This document shows, piece by piece, positions 20,213-29,831 of a DNA stretch of 64,000 nucleotides. A program made the translations under genes and the position numbers. Origin of the DNA: Candidatus Latescibacterota bacterium (lineage in GTDB: Bacteria > Latescibacterota > UBA2968 > GCA-2709665); the NCBI GenBank assembly GCA_963662665.2, contig CAXXJS010000010.1, positions 192,001 to 256,000 on the forward strand. Reading direction: 5' to 3'. The notes beneath the pieces are model-generated. The model did not search any database and was not told the origin of the DNA. It worked only from the letters and a program-made list of their open reading frames with translations. The stretch's first letter is position 1. Each line of letters starts with the position of its first letter.

Positions 20213-20311
20213 AACCTGCGATCAAGAGTTCATTTTCAACAGCAGCCTCAATGGGACACCGCCCGCAGTCAGAAATCAAAACCAAACCCCTACACGTCCC
20301 GGAGGACACCG

Positions 20312-21638
20312 ATGCTCAAGGCAGGCGCATCAAAAGTCAACATTACACCATTTCTGGGCGGGCCGATGGCCGGTTACGGGGCACGCGACCGCGGCAGTGA
20401 GAGCATCCACGATGAACTCTATGCCAAAGCCCTTGTGCTGGACGACGGCAAAACCGCGGTCGCGATGATTACTACCGACCTCATCGGCATTGATCGGGAT
20501 TTTTCGAAAAACGTCCGTGCGCTTGTCGAAGAAAGGGTCGGATTGCCTTCGGACCGGGTTTGGCTGTGCGGGTCTCACACCCATTTCGGGCCGTCCGTGA
20601 GTCCGGGCCGGACGAACGAAAGTAATGTCGATCCCATTGACCGGGCCTATGCGGACGTCCTGGCGGCAAAGCTGTCCACCGCCGTACAGTTGGCCCATAG
20701 CCGGTTGCGTCCGGCCCGCCTGGGTGCCGGCGCAACCCGCGCCGAAGGCATCAGCTACAACCGACGGCTCATCCGCCACGACGGCAAGGTGGAAATGAGC
20801 CTCACGCTGCCGCCGCCTTACGAGGGCTTGAAGTTCGGCCCGATGGATCCCGAGGTGGGCCTCTTGAAAATAGATGGGGCAGACGACGGCGACATCATCG
20901 CCTCGCTCGTCAACTTTGCCTGCCATCCCGTCTCCAGCACCGACCGCATGTATGAATTCACCGCCGACTACCCTGGTTACGCCATGGACCTGATCGAGTC
21001 CGTGGAAGGCGGCATCTGCCTGTTCGCCCTCGGCTGCGCGGGCAATATAGTTCCGATACAACGGCAGGGCCGGTCGAAACGCCAGGTGGGCCTGTCGCTG
21101 GGCGGATCCGCGCTCAATGCACTCCAGTGGATTCGGACGAGCGGCCAGGTCCGCATACGCGCCGCCAGAAAGTCGATCGAATTGCCACTGCGCAGGTTTC
21201 CGGCAACCACGCGAATGGAGCAGCAGATTACAGACGCGGAAGCCGCGCTGGACAGTGCCGTGGAGAGGAAGGCGCCATCACGAGAAATAACCGAAAGCCG
21301 GGAAGCCCTGGGCCTGGCCAGAAGTCTGCCCGGCTGGGCCGAACGCTTCGGACGACGCAAGACCCGAACCACGGAAATCCAGGTGTTCTGGCTCGGCGAT
21401 TTCCCGATCATCGGGCTCCCGGGGGAAGTCTTTGTCGAACTCGGACTCCGGATCAAGAAGGCCGTGGACGCCTTCCCGGTTCTGGTGGTAAGTCTCAGCA
21501 ACGACAGCGCGGGGGTACATACCGATCCGCCGCGCATACCGGCAGGGAGGGTATGAATCCAACGTGTCGGCCTTCGCCCCCGGTTGCGGCGAACACCTCG
21601 TCAGAGAAGCCCTGGACCTGGCCGAATCGATACGTTAA
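20312..21638 (+). pseudogene. Neutral/alkaline ceramidase-like protein with +1 frameshift near the 3' end
   Basis: NITP, HDELYAKAL, SHTHFGP, NFACHP, ADYPG, PGEVF; the GYIP...GGYE tail continues in another frame after G5 at 21511-21515. Confidence 0.75.
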
Positions 21639-21937
21639 CCTTTCTTGTTTTTCCGATGGAATTTACATGGATGGACAGGATGCACAGGATAAGTACCCAC
21701 GGGCCGGAATACTTCCTCTTCCGGGTTGCAGCGATAAATCCGTCCACCATCGTCCGCGCAACATTGCGATAACCAGCACAATTGCAAGTGTTCAACGTCT
21801 GTCGTTTGTTTATACGCTACGATCGTTGAAAAACTACCGATTAACATCAGATCCACCGGTTCTCGTAAATCATTGAAACCTAGCGATCGAACCACCAACC
21901 TGCGCCATGGGGCGGGGCTCACGATAGGTCTACGCTT

Positions 21938-23242
21938 ATGTCGATACTTACGTGTCTGTTATTCTTGGTTATGTTCCTTTACTTCGCCAGAACCCGTGCG
22001 GCCGCCGCCGAGGTTACGCTTGCGGCCGGCACGGCCAGGGCCGACATCACACCCGATCCCGCGATGGTGAACTGGGTGGATGGCAGACCCTATGACGGCG
22101 TTCTGGATCGCCTCACCCTGCGCGGACTCGTTCTTTCGGACGGATCCACAGAATTCGCTTTGATTTGCTGGGATCTCATCGACGCGACGGAGGAATGCGT
22201 CGTCGACGTACGGCGGGCGGTTCGCGGCGCAACGGGCATCCCGGAAACGCACATCCTCGTGGCCGCCTCGCACACCCACTCGTCGCCCCGTTCCCCATAT
22301 GCCGCAACCACGTTTCCCGGACGCAGGAGCGAACGGCTGAGAGCCATACTGGACGATCCCGTCTTCCAGGCCTGGAGCCGGCGCCTCCCCGAACAATGCA
22401 CGGATGTCCTGAAACGTGCGCAGGAACGCCGGCAGACCGTCACATTGAACATCGGCCGTGCGAATGTCTCAGAATGGCTATTCAACCGGCGGCCACTCGA
22501 TCCGAACGGCAACGCGGTTACGATGTTTAAACCGGAAGATCCGCGTACGTTGCCGGGCGGCCTGCGTTTCGGTTCGCTGGATCCGACCCTTACGGTCCTG
22601 ACCCTCACAGGCGCGGACAACACGAATGTTGCGACTGTTTACAGCGCGCCCTGCCACCCCGTCTCCATCTATCCCTATCACCGCGGGGTTTCGGCAGATT
22701 GGCCGGGACCGGCCAGTGAACGGATTTCGGAAGTCCTGGGCGGCGAAACCTTCTTTCTGCAGGGCTGCTCGGGAGACATCGTCCCCGCCAGCCGAGGTGA
22801 AGGAGCGCGCAAGGAAATGGCCCGTTTCTTCGCGGAACGGGCCATTGCGGCGGCACGGCGGTCCCACCGCCTGCCCTCGTCGCCTCTGACGGTAGCAACA
22901 GGGATTGTCGGCCTGCCGCTCGTACCCGAAGCGCGAAGGGTGGCCGGCGCCGACGTCCGACCGGTCGAAATCCAGGCGGCTGTTTGCGGGCCGTTCGGCC
23001 TCGCCGTACTGCCCGGCGAACCCCTCAACGGGCTCGCGCGGGAGATTCAGGCGCGCTCACCCCTCCCGCACACGCTTGTTATCGGCTACGCCAATGGCCG
23101 CGGGGTGAGTTACGTTGGTCTTCCCGGAGAAAAAGCCAGAGGCGGATACGAAGCAGGCGCGGGCCAGGGTACCGAAGAAGCCGGCGACTTTATGATTCAG
23201 ACCGCCCTTCGGCTTCTGGGGGAACAGGTCGAAGACATCTAA
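21938..23242 (+). CDS. Neutral/alkaline ceramidase-like hydrolase, probably exported
   Basis: Signal-like N-terminus; DITP, SHTHSSP, CHP, SADWPG, QGCSGD, PGEP, GGYE. Confidence 0.8.
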   Translation: MSILTCLLFLVMFLYFARTRAAAAEVTLAAGTARADITPDPAMVNWVDGRPYDGVLDRLTLRGLVLSDGSTEFALICWDLIDATEECVVDVRRAVRGATGIPETHILVAASHTHSSPRSPYAATTFPGRRSERLRAILDDPVFQAWSRRLPEQCTDVLKRAQERRQTVTLNIGRANVSEWLFNRRPLDPNGNAVTMFKPEDPRTLPGGLRFGSLDPTLTVLTLTGADNTNVATVYSAPCHPVSIYPYHRGVSADWPGPASERISEVLGGETFFLQGCSGDIVPASRGEGARKEMARFFAERAIAAARRSHRLPSSPLTVATGIVGLPLVPEARRVAGADVRPVEIQAAVCGPFGLAVLPGEPLNGLAREIQARSPLPHTLVIGYANGRGVSYVGLPGEKARGGYEAGAGQGTEEAGDFMIQTALRLLGEQVEDI

Positions 23243-23369
23243 ACGGAACAAACGTCCAACCCTGAAGTCTACGACTGACCGTGACCTGGCAGGTCGCCTG
23301 TTGGCGGGCAAGCACCCTTAGGAACTACACTCCGGGGTTTCACGCGCTTTACCTCTCCCAACGCCATCA

Positions 23370-23480
23370 CCCACCTACCCCCTTTCCCCCGTCTTGAGGA
23401 AGGGGGAAACTGTGATCGCTTGATGTACGCCTGCTTTTCTCCCCCTCTCCCCGGGGAGAGGGGGCCGGGGGGTGAGGTCC
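23370..23480. repeat. Pair of GC-rich palindromic REP-like elements
   Basis: TTTCCCCC..GGGGGAAA and CCCCCTCTCCCCGGGGAGAGGGGGCCGGGGGGTGAGG palindromes between convergent genes. Confidence 0.65.
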
Positions 23481-23574
23481 GCGCCCTTCGCGTTCGTCCA
23501 CACAACAGTGCTGACGTCAACTGATTCGGTTTTTGGTTTTGGCTGACAACTGACCATTGACAACTGAAAGCCCT

Positions 23575-23733
23575 TTATTCCTTTTCATCTTCGATTCGAT
23601 GTTGTCGATCGATGGATTCGAAAAGGGATCTGATGTCGAAAAAGCCGCCGATGCCCACAACAACGGCGACGATTGCGAAGATGAAAAGCCCGATCAGGAG
23701 CACGACGCCCCAGAAAGGAACCCAGAATGCCAT
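23575..23733 (-). CDS. 52-aa membrane protein downstream of the symporter (below the ORF track cutoff)
   Basis: MAFWVPFWGVVLLIGLFIFAIVAVVVGIGGFFDIRSLFESIDRQHRIEDEKE; GGAGGAG RBS in the symporter 3' end. Confidence 0.8.
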   Translation of the reverse strand: MAFWVPFWGVVLLIGLFIFAIVAVVVGIGGFFDIRSLFESIDRQHRIEDEKE

Positions 23734-23736
23734 GGA

Positions 23737-25284
23737 TCACTCCTCCTTTTCACGCCGAGACCGATCGGGAAACAGAAGAGAACCGAGAACCATAAGGCCC
23801 ATCGCCAGAACGGTTGCGCCGAGACCGATATGTGCGCCGGTGAAGGCGCCCAGACCCAGGGCCCTTTTCACGGGCGTCAGGCCGGTAACGGCAGCGGCTC
23901 CGGCAACAAGGGCGAGGTACGCACCGGCGGTGCTGGCGCGCTTCCAGTAGAGCCCGGTGAGGAGTAAGGCGAATGCGCCGGTGAAATAGATGGCGCCGCT
24001 GACCAGCATATAATCCCACAGGTCCTGGCCAAGCTCGTACCACAGTCCCCAGACGAGCAGAAAGGCGCCGATGAGAAATATGAAGATCCGGGACAGGGTC
24101 AGGCGTGCACGGGTGGAGAGGGTGTCGCCGGTGGCGGGTGCGACTACGTCGTGGGTGAGTACCGAGGACCAGCACAGCAGATAGCTGTCGTGCGTGGACA
24201 TGAACGCGGCAAGCAGTCCCGCGCCGATAAGGCCGATGAGACCGGCAGGAAGAATCTGGCTGAGGAAAACGGGCATGGCCAGAAGGGTGAGATCCGCATT
24301 CCCCGTGGGTACGCCTGCGGCTGAAAAAAAGACCGCACGGGTCACCTCGTTCTGGTAGAGGTAGACAAAGGCGCAGATGCCCAGAAACTGCGGCACCATG
24401 AATCGAACGAGGAAGCCGATGGCAGACCAGGCGTAGAGTTTTTTCACCACGGCCGGGCTTTCGGCGGCGCAAGCCCTCATAACAGCGGTCTGCCAGACCG
24501 CGCATGATACAATCCCGGCGGTAAAGATCATCCAGACGACGTACGAGGGTCCGAACCCGCCGCCTTCATGCAGCGGATTGAAGCCGGCCTCCCCGTGAAG
24601 GGTCGCTACCGTGTCGACGATTACCGACCATCCGAGCCTGTCTACGGCGATACCGCAGGTGAGAATGACACCCACAGACAACACGATAAACTGGATATAA
24701 TCGGTGATGACAACCGAAACCATGCCCCCGAGAATGGTATAACTCAGAACAAGCAGGAGCATTACGGTCATAATAATGGCAACGGACGTGGGATTCGTGA
24801 TACCGGTGAGACCGGCGACAAAGATCGCGCCCGCTTTCAGGAACAGACCCATATTGAGGATGCCCGAAAGGGCGAGCAGAAGGCCGCCGAAGATGCGGAC
24901 GCCCCGGCTGAACCGCTTTTCGTAGAATTCCGGAATCGTCATCACGCCCAGTTCGCGCAGCGGAACCACGATAAATCCGGTGAGGCCGATGATCAGGGTG
25001 ACAATGCCTGCGATAAGGCCGATGTGAAAGGCGGCGAATCCACCCGTGAAGCCCTTCTGGGCGGAATACATGACGGTCACGAGCCCGAGTTCGCTGCCGA
25101 TCATGGTTGCAACGGCGAGGTAGGGCTTGAGCGAACGGCCGGCGACAATATAGTCGCTCATGTTGCGGATGTACCTGTTGGCATAGAGGCCGATCGCGAC
25201 GGTGCCGAGCATGTACAGACCAACAATTGCCCAATCAACGGCGCCGAAGTTCGAACTGATCCGCGAAACGAGATCGGACGTCAT
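23737..25284 (-). CDS. Sodium:solute symporter family protein
   Basis: DYIVAGRSL, TIPEFYEKRF, GGMVSVVITDYIQF, LAAFMST; many TM segments. Confidence 0.93.
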   Translation of the reverse strand: MTSDLVSRISSNFGAVDWAIVGLYMLGTVAIGLYANRYIRNMSDYIVAGRSLKPYLAVATMIGSELGLVTVMYSAQKGFTGGFAAFHIGLIAGIVTLIIGLTGFIVVPLRELGVMTIPEFYEKRFSRGVRIFGGLLLALSGILNMGLFLKAGAIFVAGLTGITNPTSVAIIMTVMLLLVLSYTILGGMVSVVITDYIQFIVLSVGVILTCGIAVDRLGWSVIVDTVATLHGEAGFNPLHEGGGFGPSYVVWMIFTAGIVSCAVWQTAVMRACAAESPAVVKKLYAWSAIGFLVRFMVPQFLGICAFVYLYQNEVTRAVFFSAAGVPTGNADLTLLAMPVFLSQILPAGLIGLIGAGLLAAFMSTHDSYLLCWSSVLTHDVVAPATGDTLSTRARLTLSRIFIFLIGAFLLVWGLWYELGQDLWDYMLVSGAIYFTGAFALLLTGLYWKRASTAGAYLALVAGAAAVTGLTPVKRALGLGAFTGAHIGLGATVLAMGLMVLGSLLFPDRSRREKEE

Positions 25285-25305
25285 AGGCGATACCGGGAGT
25301 TAAAC

Positions 25306-25338
25306 AGAAAAGCACCCAGCCATGCCGGGTGCTTTTCT
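25306..25338 (-). terminator. Intrinsic terminator after the flavin reductase gene
   Basis: AGAAAAGCACCCAGC-CAT-GCCGGGTGCTTTTCT hairpin with T tract. Confidence 0.65.
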
Positions 25339-25340
25339 TG

Positions 25341-25958
25341 TTAGGGCCAGGTGGGGCGTTCCATCGAAAAGGATTCGGTGACGCATGCGTAGTCCAGGTA
25401 CCCGAGTCGCCCGACCGGTCTCAAAGCTACCGTGTCGACGTGGCCATCCTTAATAGCCCGGTCGGCAATGTGGATGCCGACAACCTGACCGAAGACAACC
25501 GTGTTCGGATCGTCCGGATTGTCCGTTGGCAGGTCCACGGTGCGGGTATGGATACATTCCAGATGCACCGGGCTTTCCGCCACACGCGGGGGCTTCACAA
25601 GCAATGAAGGCGCCTGGGTGACGCCCGCGTATTCGAATTCGTTGACGTTCGCTGGTGCGGGCACGGCGGTCGCGTTCATCTGTGTTCGAAGTTCCCACGT
25701 GGCAAGGTTTACCACGAATTCGCCGGTTTCCTGCGCGTTCTTTATGGAATCCTTTAATCCGCCGTGGGTGTGTGTGGTTGTGGCGGCAAACATGACCTGC
25801 GGCGGGGTATAGGCCACGGCGTTGAAAAACGAGTATGGGGCCAGGTTGATCGTTCCCTGCGCGTCTATCGACGAAATCCATCCTATCGGTCTTGGTACAA
25901 CGATGGCGTTGAAGGGATCGCGGCGCAGCCCGTGGCCTTCCGACGTCCTGTAGAACAT
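25341..25958 (-). CDS. Flavin reductase family protein
   Basis: PRPIGWISS, NLAPYSFFN, GEFVVN, GRLGY. Confidence 0.93.
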   Translation of the reverse strand: MFYRTSEGHGLRRDPFNAIVVPRPIGWISSIDAQGTINLAPYSFFNAVAYTPPQVMFAATTTHTHGGLKDSIKNAQETGEFVVNLATWELRTQMNATAVPAPANVNEFEYAGVTQAPSLLVKPPRVAESPVHLECIHTRTVDLPTDNPDDPNTVVFGQVVGIHIADRAIKDGHVDTVALRPVGRLGYLDYACVTESFSMERPTWP

Positions 25959-26008
25959 GCTTGTGGTCTCTCATTCCGGAGGTTAACCCACTTTCCTTCC
26001 AGCAGGGC

Positions 26009-27010
26009 CTATTTCCACTTGAAAACAACACCCAGCGCGGCGCTCGGATCGTCGGCGAGCATCGTGTAGATTTCCTGGCACTGTTCCGGATCCGCGACGT
26101 GGGTGATGAGGTCTTCGACCGGCAATCTGCCCTCTCCCATCAGGCGCATCACCAGCCTGCGGTCCCGTTCTTTCGCCCACCGGTAGTAAATGTGGTCGGC
26201 CTCCGGCGTCTTGGGCTGGTGGGCGCCCAGGATGCTGACTTCCCTCAGGTGTACGTCGGCCAGGAAATCCATGTCGACGGTGCCGCGCGGCGAACCCAGC
26301 GCGACCACACGGCCTGCCGTGCATGCGATTCGGACGGCGGTGGGATATACCGCGGGTTTTCCGGTCGCTTCTATAACGACGTTGGCGCCGTCTTCCACGC
26401 AGTGTCGCCCGACGGCGTCCCGGACGTCGTCCACGGCGCCGGGGTTAATGCAGACGTCAATTCCGCGGCTTTGCGCCTTGCCCAGACGAAAGTCGTCCAG
26501 GTCCACCGCGATTACCGGCACGGCGCCGGAGAGTCCCGCGAGCGTCGACGCGAGTTGGCCGACAATCCCAAGGCCGATGACGACGACAACCTCGCCCAAT
26601 TCGATGCGCGCCACACGGATCCCGTGGATGGCGATAGCGCCCATGACCATGAAGGCGGCGGCTTCGGACGACACGGAATCAGGGACTATCTGGTGGAAGG
26701 ACCTGGGGCCGGAGAGAACGCAGTGGCTGGCGTGGTTTCCCTGCCCCGCGACACGGTCTCCCGGCCGAATGCCCTCAACGTCCTTGCCGACTTCCAGCAC
26801 GGTGCCGACGTTGCAATAGCCGGTGGGGCGGGGAAACCGTACCGGGTTTCCGGGTTCGCCGCCTCGGGTCCACCCGTGGATCTCGGTACCCACGCTGACT
26901 GCTGTGTACTCGTTTTCGAGAAGGATACCGTCATCCGGTACCGGACCCGTTTCGAACGACGCGACTTCCATCCGGCGAATATCCGGAACGAGGAGACGTC
27001 TGGCTTTCAT
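26009..27010 (-). CDS. MDR family (zinc-binding type) dehydrogenase
   Basis: SVGTE, GYCNVG, GLGIVGQL, IEATG. Confidence 0.88.
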   Translation of the reverse strand: MKARRLLVPDIRRMEVASFETGPVPDDGILLENEYTAVSVGTEIHGWTRGGEPGNPVRFPRPTGYCNVGTVLEVGKDVEGIRPGDRVAGQGNHASHCVLSGPRSFHQIVPDSVSSEAAAFMVMGAIAIHGIRVARIELGEVVVVIGLGIVGQLASTLAGLSGAVPVIAVDLDDFRLGKAQSRGIDVCINPGAVDDVRDAVGRHCVEDGANVVIEATGKPAVYPTAVRIACTAGRVVALGSPRGTVDMDFLADVHLREVSILGAHQPKTPEADHIYYRWAKERDRRLVMRLMGEGRLPVEDLITHVADPEQCQEIYTMLADDPSAALGVVFKWK

Positions 27011-27099
27011 TTTCAAGTCCTTTCGAGTCGGTCGAAGGGGGCACAGGGAGCGGTTCGTTGAGATGGTCGCGGAATCCCTCGGGAAGTCCGGGATGGCCG

Positions 27100-28137
27100 C
27101 TACGCCTGCCGACAGTCCAGGGTGTCCCGGAAAAGTCGAAGGAAGTTGCCTCCCCACACCTTTCGGATTTCGTTTTCCGTGAGGCCGCGAGAAAGCATGG
27201 CACGGGTGAGGCGCACAAGCCTTGAGACGTCTCCGAAAACCGGTGTAACCGAACCCATGCCGTCGTAGTCGGAGCCGACGCCAACGTGGTCGATGCCGAC
27301 CAGGTCCGCCACGTGACAGATATGGTCGACCATTCGGTCCGCGGAAGAATTTTCAGGATCGATAAAGCCAGGGAGAAAGGCAATGCCCATCACCCCGCCG
27401 GCGGCGGCCAGCGCCCTGAGCTGATCGTCGGTCAGGCAGCGCCAGTGGTTGCATTCGGAGAAAACCGCGGTGTGGGTCATTGTCACCGGGAGTGAAGACT
27501 GTTCCAGCACCTGGTAGAAGGCTTTGTCGTTAATGTGAGCCAGGTCCGTGATGACGCCCAACCGGTTGCTTTCCTGGAGAACAGCTTTGCCGAAGTCCGT
27601 CAGCCCGCCGGCATTCCTGCGTTCACGTTCACGGTCGCCAGACGTGCATGGGCCGAATGGACTCCTGCTGCCCTGAAGGTAGGCCGGGTCGTCGCCGCCT
27701 TCGCCGTGGGTGATCCCGATGCAGCGCACACCCAGACGGTAGTAGAGGCCCAATACATCCATCTCGCCTTCCAGCCAACGCCCGGCGCCTTCTATTGTAA
27801 GCAGGATGCCGATCTTGCCGGCTTCTCTCGCCCGTTCAACGTCCCGTGACGAGAACACCAGCATCAGGTCCGCGGGATACCGCTCCACCGAGGCCAGGGT
27901 CTGCTCGAGGGTAACGCGGACGTTTGCCGTGGGGCCGTTGCCGACCACGAAGAAGCCGGCGTCGAACCCGCCTTCCTTCATCCGGGGAATGTCCATGTGA
28001 TACGCGAGGTCCCGTTTCTTCAGGTCCATCGGGCGATCCCCCCGGTGGACGTGCTCTACGGGCGTGTCGTTGTGGCCGTCGACGATAAGGCAGCGATCGT
28101 GGACCGCCTGCGCTTCTTCAAGAGTGATATCCGGCAT
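27100..28137 (-). CDS. Membrane dipeptidase (peptidase M19) family
   Basis: DGHND, IEG, DLAH, GSDYDG, GGNFLR. Confidence 0.92.
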   Translation of the reverse strand: MPDITLEEAQAVHDRCLIVDGHNDTPVEHVHRGDRPMDLKKRDLAYHMDIPRMKEGGFDAGFFVVGNGPTANVRVTLEQTLASVERYPADLMLVFSSRDVERAREAGKIGILLTIEGAGRWLEGEMDVLGLYYRLGVRCIGITHGEGGDDPAYLQGSRSPFGPCTSGDRERERRNAGGLTDFGKAVLQESNRLGVITDLAHINDKAFYQVLEQSSLPVTMTHTAVFSECNHWRCLTDDQLRALAAAGGVMGIAFLPGFIDPENSSADRMVDHICHVADLVGIDHVGVGSDYDGMGSVTPVFGDVSRLVRLTRAMLSRGLTENEIRKVWGGNFLRLFRDTLDCRQA

Positions 28138-28203
28138 GTGAATTGTCCTCTGATGGGGGCGACAGTGCGCCCTTGTGGGTCGGAATGACGCTCTGAGTGT
28201 TGT

Positions 28204-29526
28204 CTAAGGTGGATCGACGGGTACTTTCTGGTTCTTGCGGACCAGCGGATCGTATGTAAATCCGTCAGACCGTTTCTCGAACTCCGCACGGGCCTTTTTC
28301 AGGTTCTCCGGGCCCCGGCAGAGGTCAACCGCGCTCCCCGCGAAGACCTTGGCGGTCTGCTGGATCGCGCGCTCGGCGAAAGGAAGGGCGGCCTGCGCGG
28401 CCATGTCCCGATGATGGCCGGGCGTTCCCTTTGCATAACAGACCATCTGAAAGCGTCCCAGAGGGGCCAGCCAGGAAACGTTGTCCTCGTCCGTCGATCC
28501 CCGGCCCTGCGAGCCGCTGCCCTTCGCGATCTTTGTATTGAACCCCTTTTTATAGCCGAGTGATTCAGCGTGCTTCCGGTCGGCTTCCGTGGGTTCGGGC
28601 GGTCCGAAGCGTTTCAGGTTCTTTCGGACAATCTCGCACATCGCCTTGTTGGGCAGACGCGGGTACACGGCGGTGATGCGCGACCACTTCATCTTCGTGT
28701 CCGTGGCCCTGGCGGCGCCCCGGGCGCAGGCGGTGAGTCGTTCACGCACTTCGTCGACCTGCTTCCGGTCCTTTCCCCGCACGAAGTACCAGATTTTGGC
28801 ATAGGCCGGCACCACGTTGGGGGCGTCGCCTCCGTTGCGAATGACGGAATGGATCCTGACGTTTTCGGGGACATGCTCCCGAAGATAGTTGGCTGCAATA
28901 TCCGTAAGCATCACCCCGTCCAGGGCGCTACGGCCCCGGTGAGCCGACGCGCCGTGGGCGGTGCGGCCGAAGAATTCGTAAACGACGGAGTCCAGCGACG
29001 ATCCGCCGAAATTGTTGACGCCCGAAGAATTTCCCGGATGCCAGGCGAGGCAGGCGTCCAGGTCCCGAAAAGCGCCGTCGCGGGCCATATACACTTTGCC
29101 CGCCAGCGTTTCCTCCGCCGGACAGCCGTAGTAGACGATTTTTCCCGATGTTCCGGTTGACTCGAGAATTTTCGCAGCGGCGACCGCACCCACGGCCGGG
29201 GCAACGCCCAGCAGGTTGTGGCCTCAGCCGTGACCCCATTGGCCTTCTTCGGGACCGCAGTTGGGCAGCGCGTCGTATTCCCCCAACATCCCCACCGCCG
29301 GATCCCCGACGCCCCGGGTTGCGCGAAATGCCGTTGGGATTTTCTTGAACGGAAATTCGACGTCGAAGTCCCTCGAGGCCAGGTAGTCCGCGATGGCCTT
29401 AGAGGACCTGACTTCACGGAAGGGCCGTTCCGCAAAGGCATGTACCTGCGTGGAAAGGTCCCTGGCGCGTTTCGACTCGGCAGCCACGGCGCGATTGACC
29501 AGGCTCTTTTTTTCTTTTGCGGTCAT
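28204..29526 (-). CDS. M20 family amidohydrolase (AbgB-like), candidate selenoprotein with UGA at codon 101
   Basis: ORFs 29224-29526 and 28204-29193 are in frame and joined by EYDALP...GHG-TGA-GHNLLG; then GCPAEE, WHP, STD motifs; SECIS-like hairpin follows. Confidence 0.85.
29182..29223 (-). promoter_or_regulatory. Putative bacterial SECIS element
   Basis: GCU-GGGC[GUU]GCCC-C-GGC hairpin, loop 18 nt after the UGA. Confidence 0.65.
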
Positions 29527-29634
29527 GGAACGTTCCCTTTGTGAAAAACGCCGGTTGACAGTTTTCGGGTCTTCCGGATAGAATCGTCAGAGGTTCCGAT
29601 TCGACTTTCCCCTCGAGTCTACATACGGCGCATC

Positions 29635-29831
29635 TAGCCTTGATTCGTAATTCTTCGGGGAAGTAAAACCGAATATATGCAAGAAGATAAAGACGATTTG
29701 ACTTCGGATTACCAGGATACACCAGGTCACTGGACGTGATCTGAAAAAACGTCCTCTTTGACGACCGTTACGCCCCGTTTCAGGGGTTTTCGTCGCGTCG
29801 CCGAGTTGCTGTTTTTTTAGAATTGAGGCTA
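29635..29831 (+). mobile_element. MITE family A, copy 1 (intron-free, 197 bp)
   Basis: TIRs TAGCCTTGATTCGTAA / TTAGAATTGAGGCTA; homologous to 55127-55324 and 42469-43420. Confidence 0.85.
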
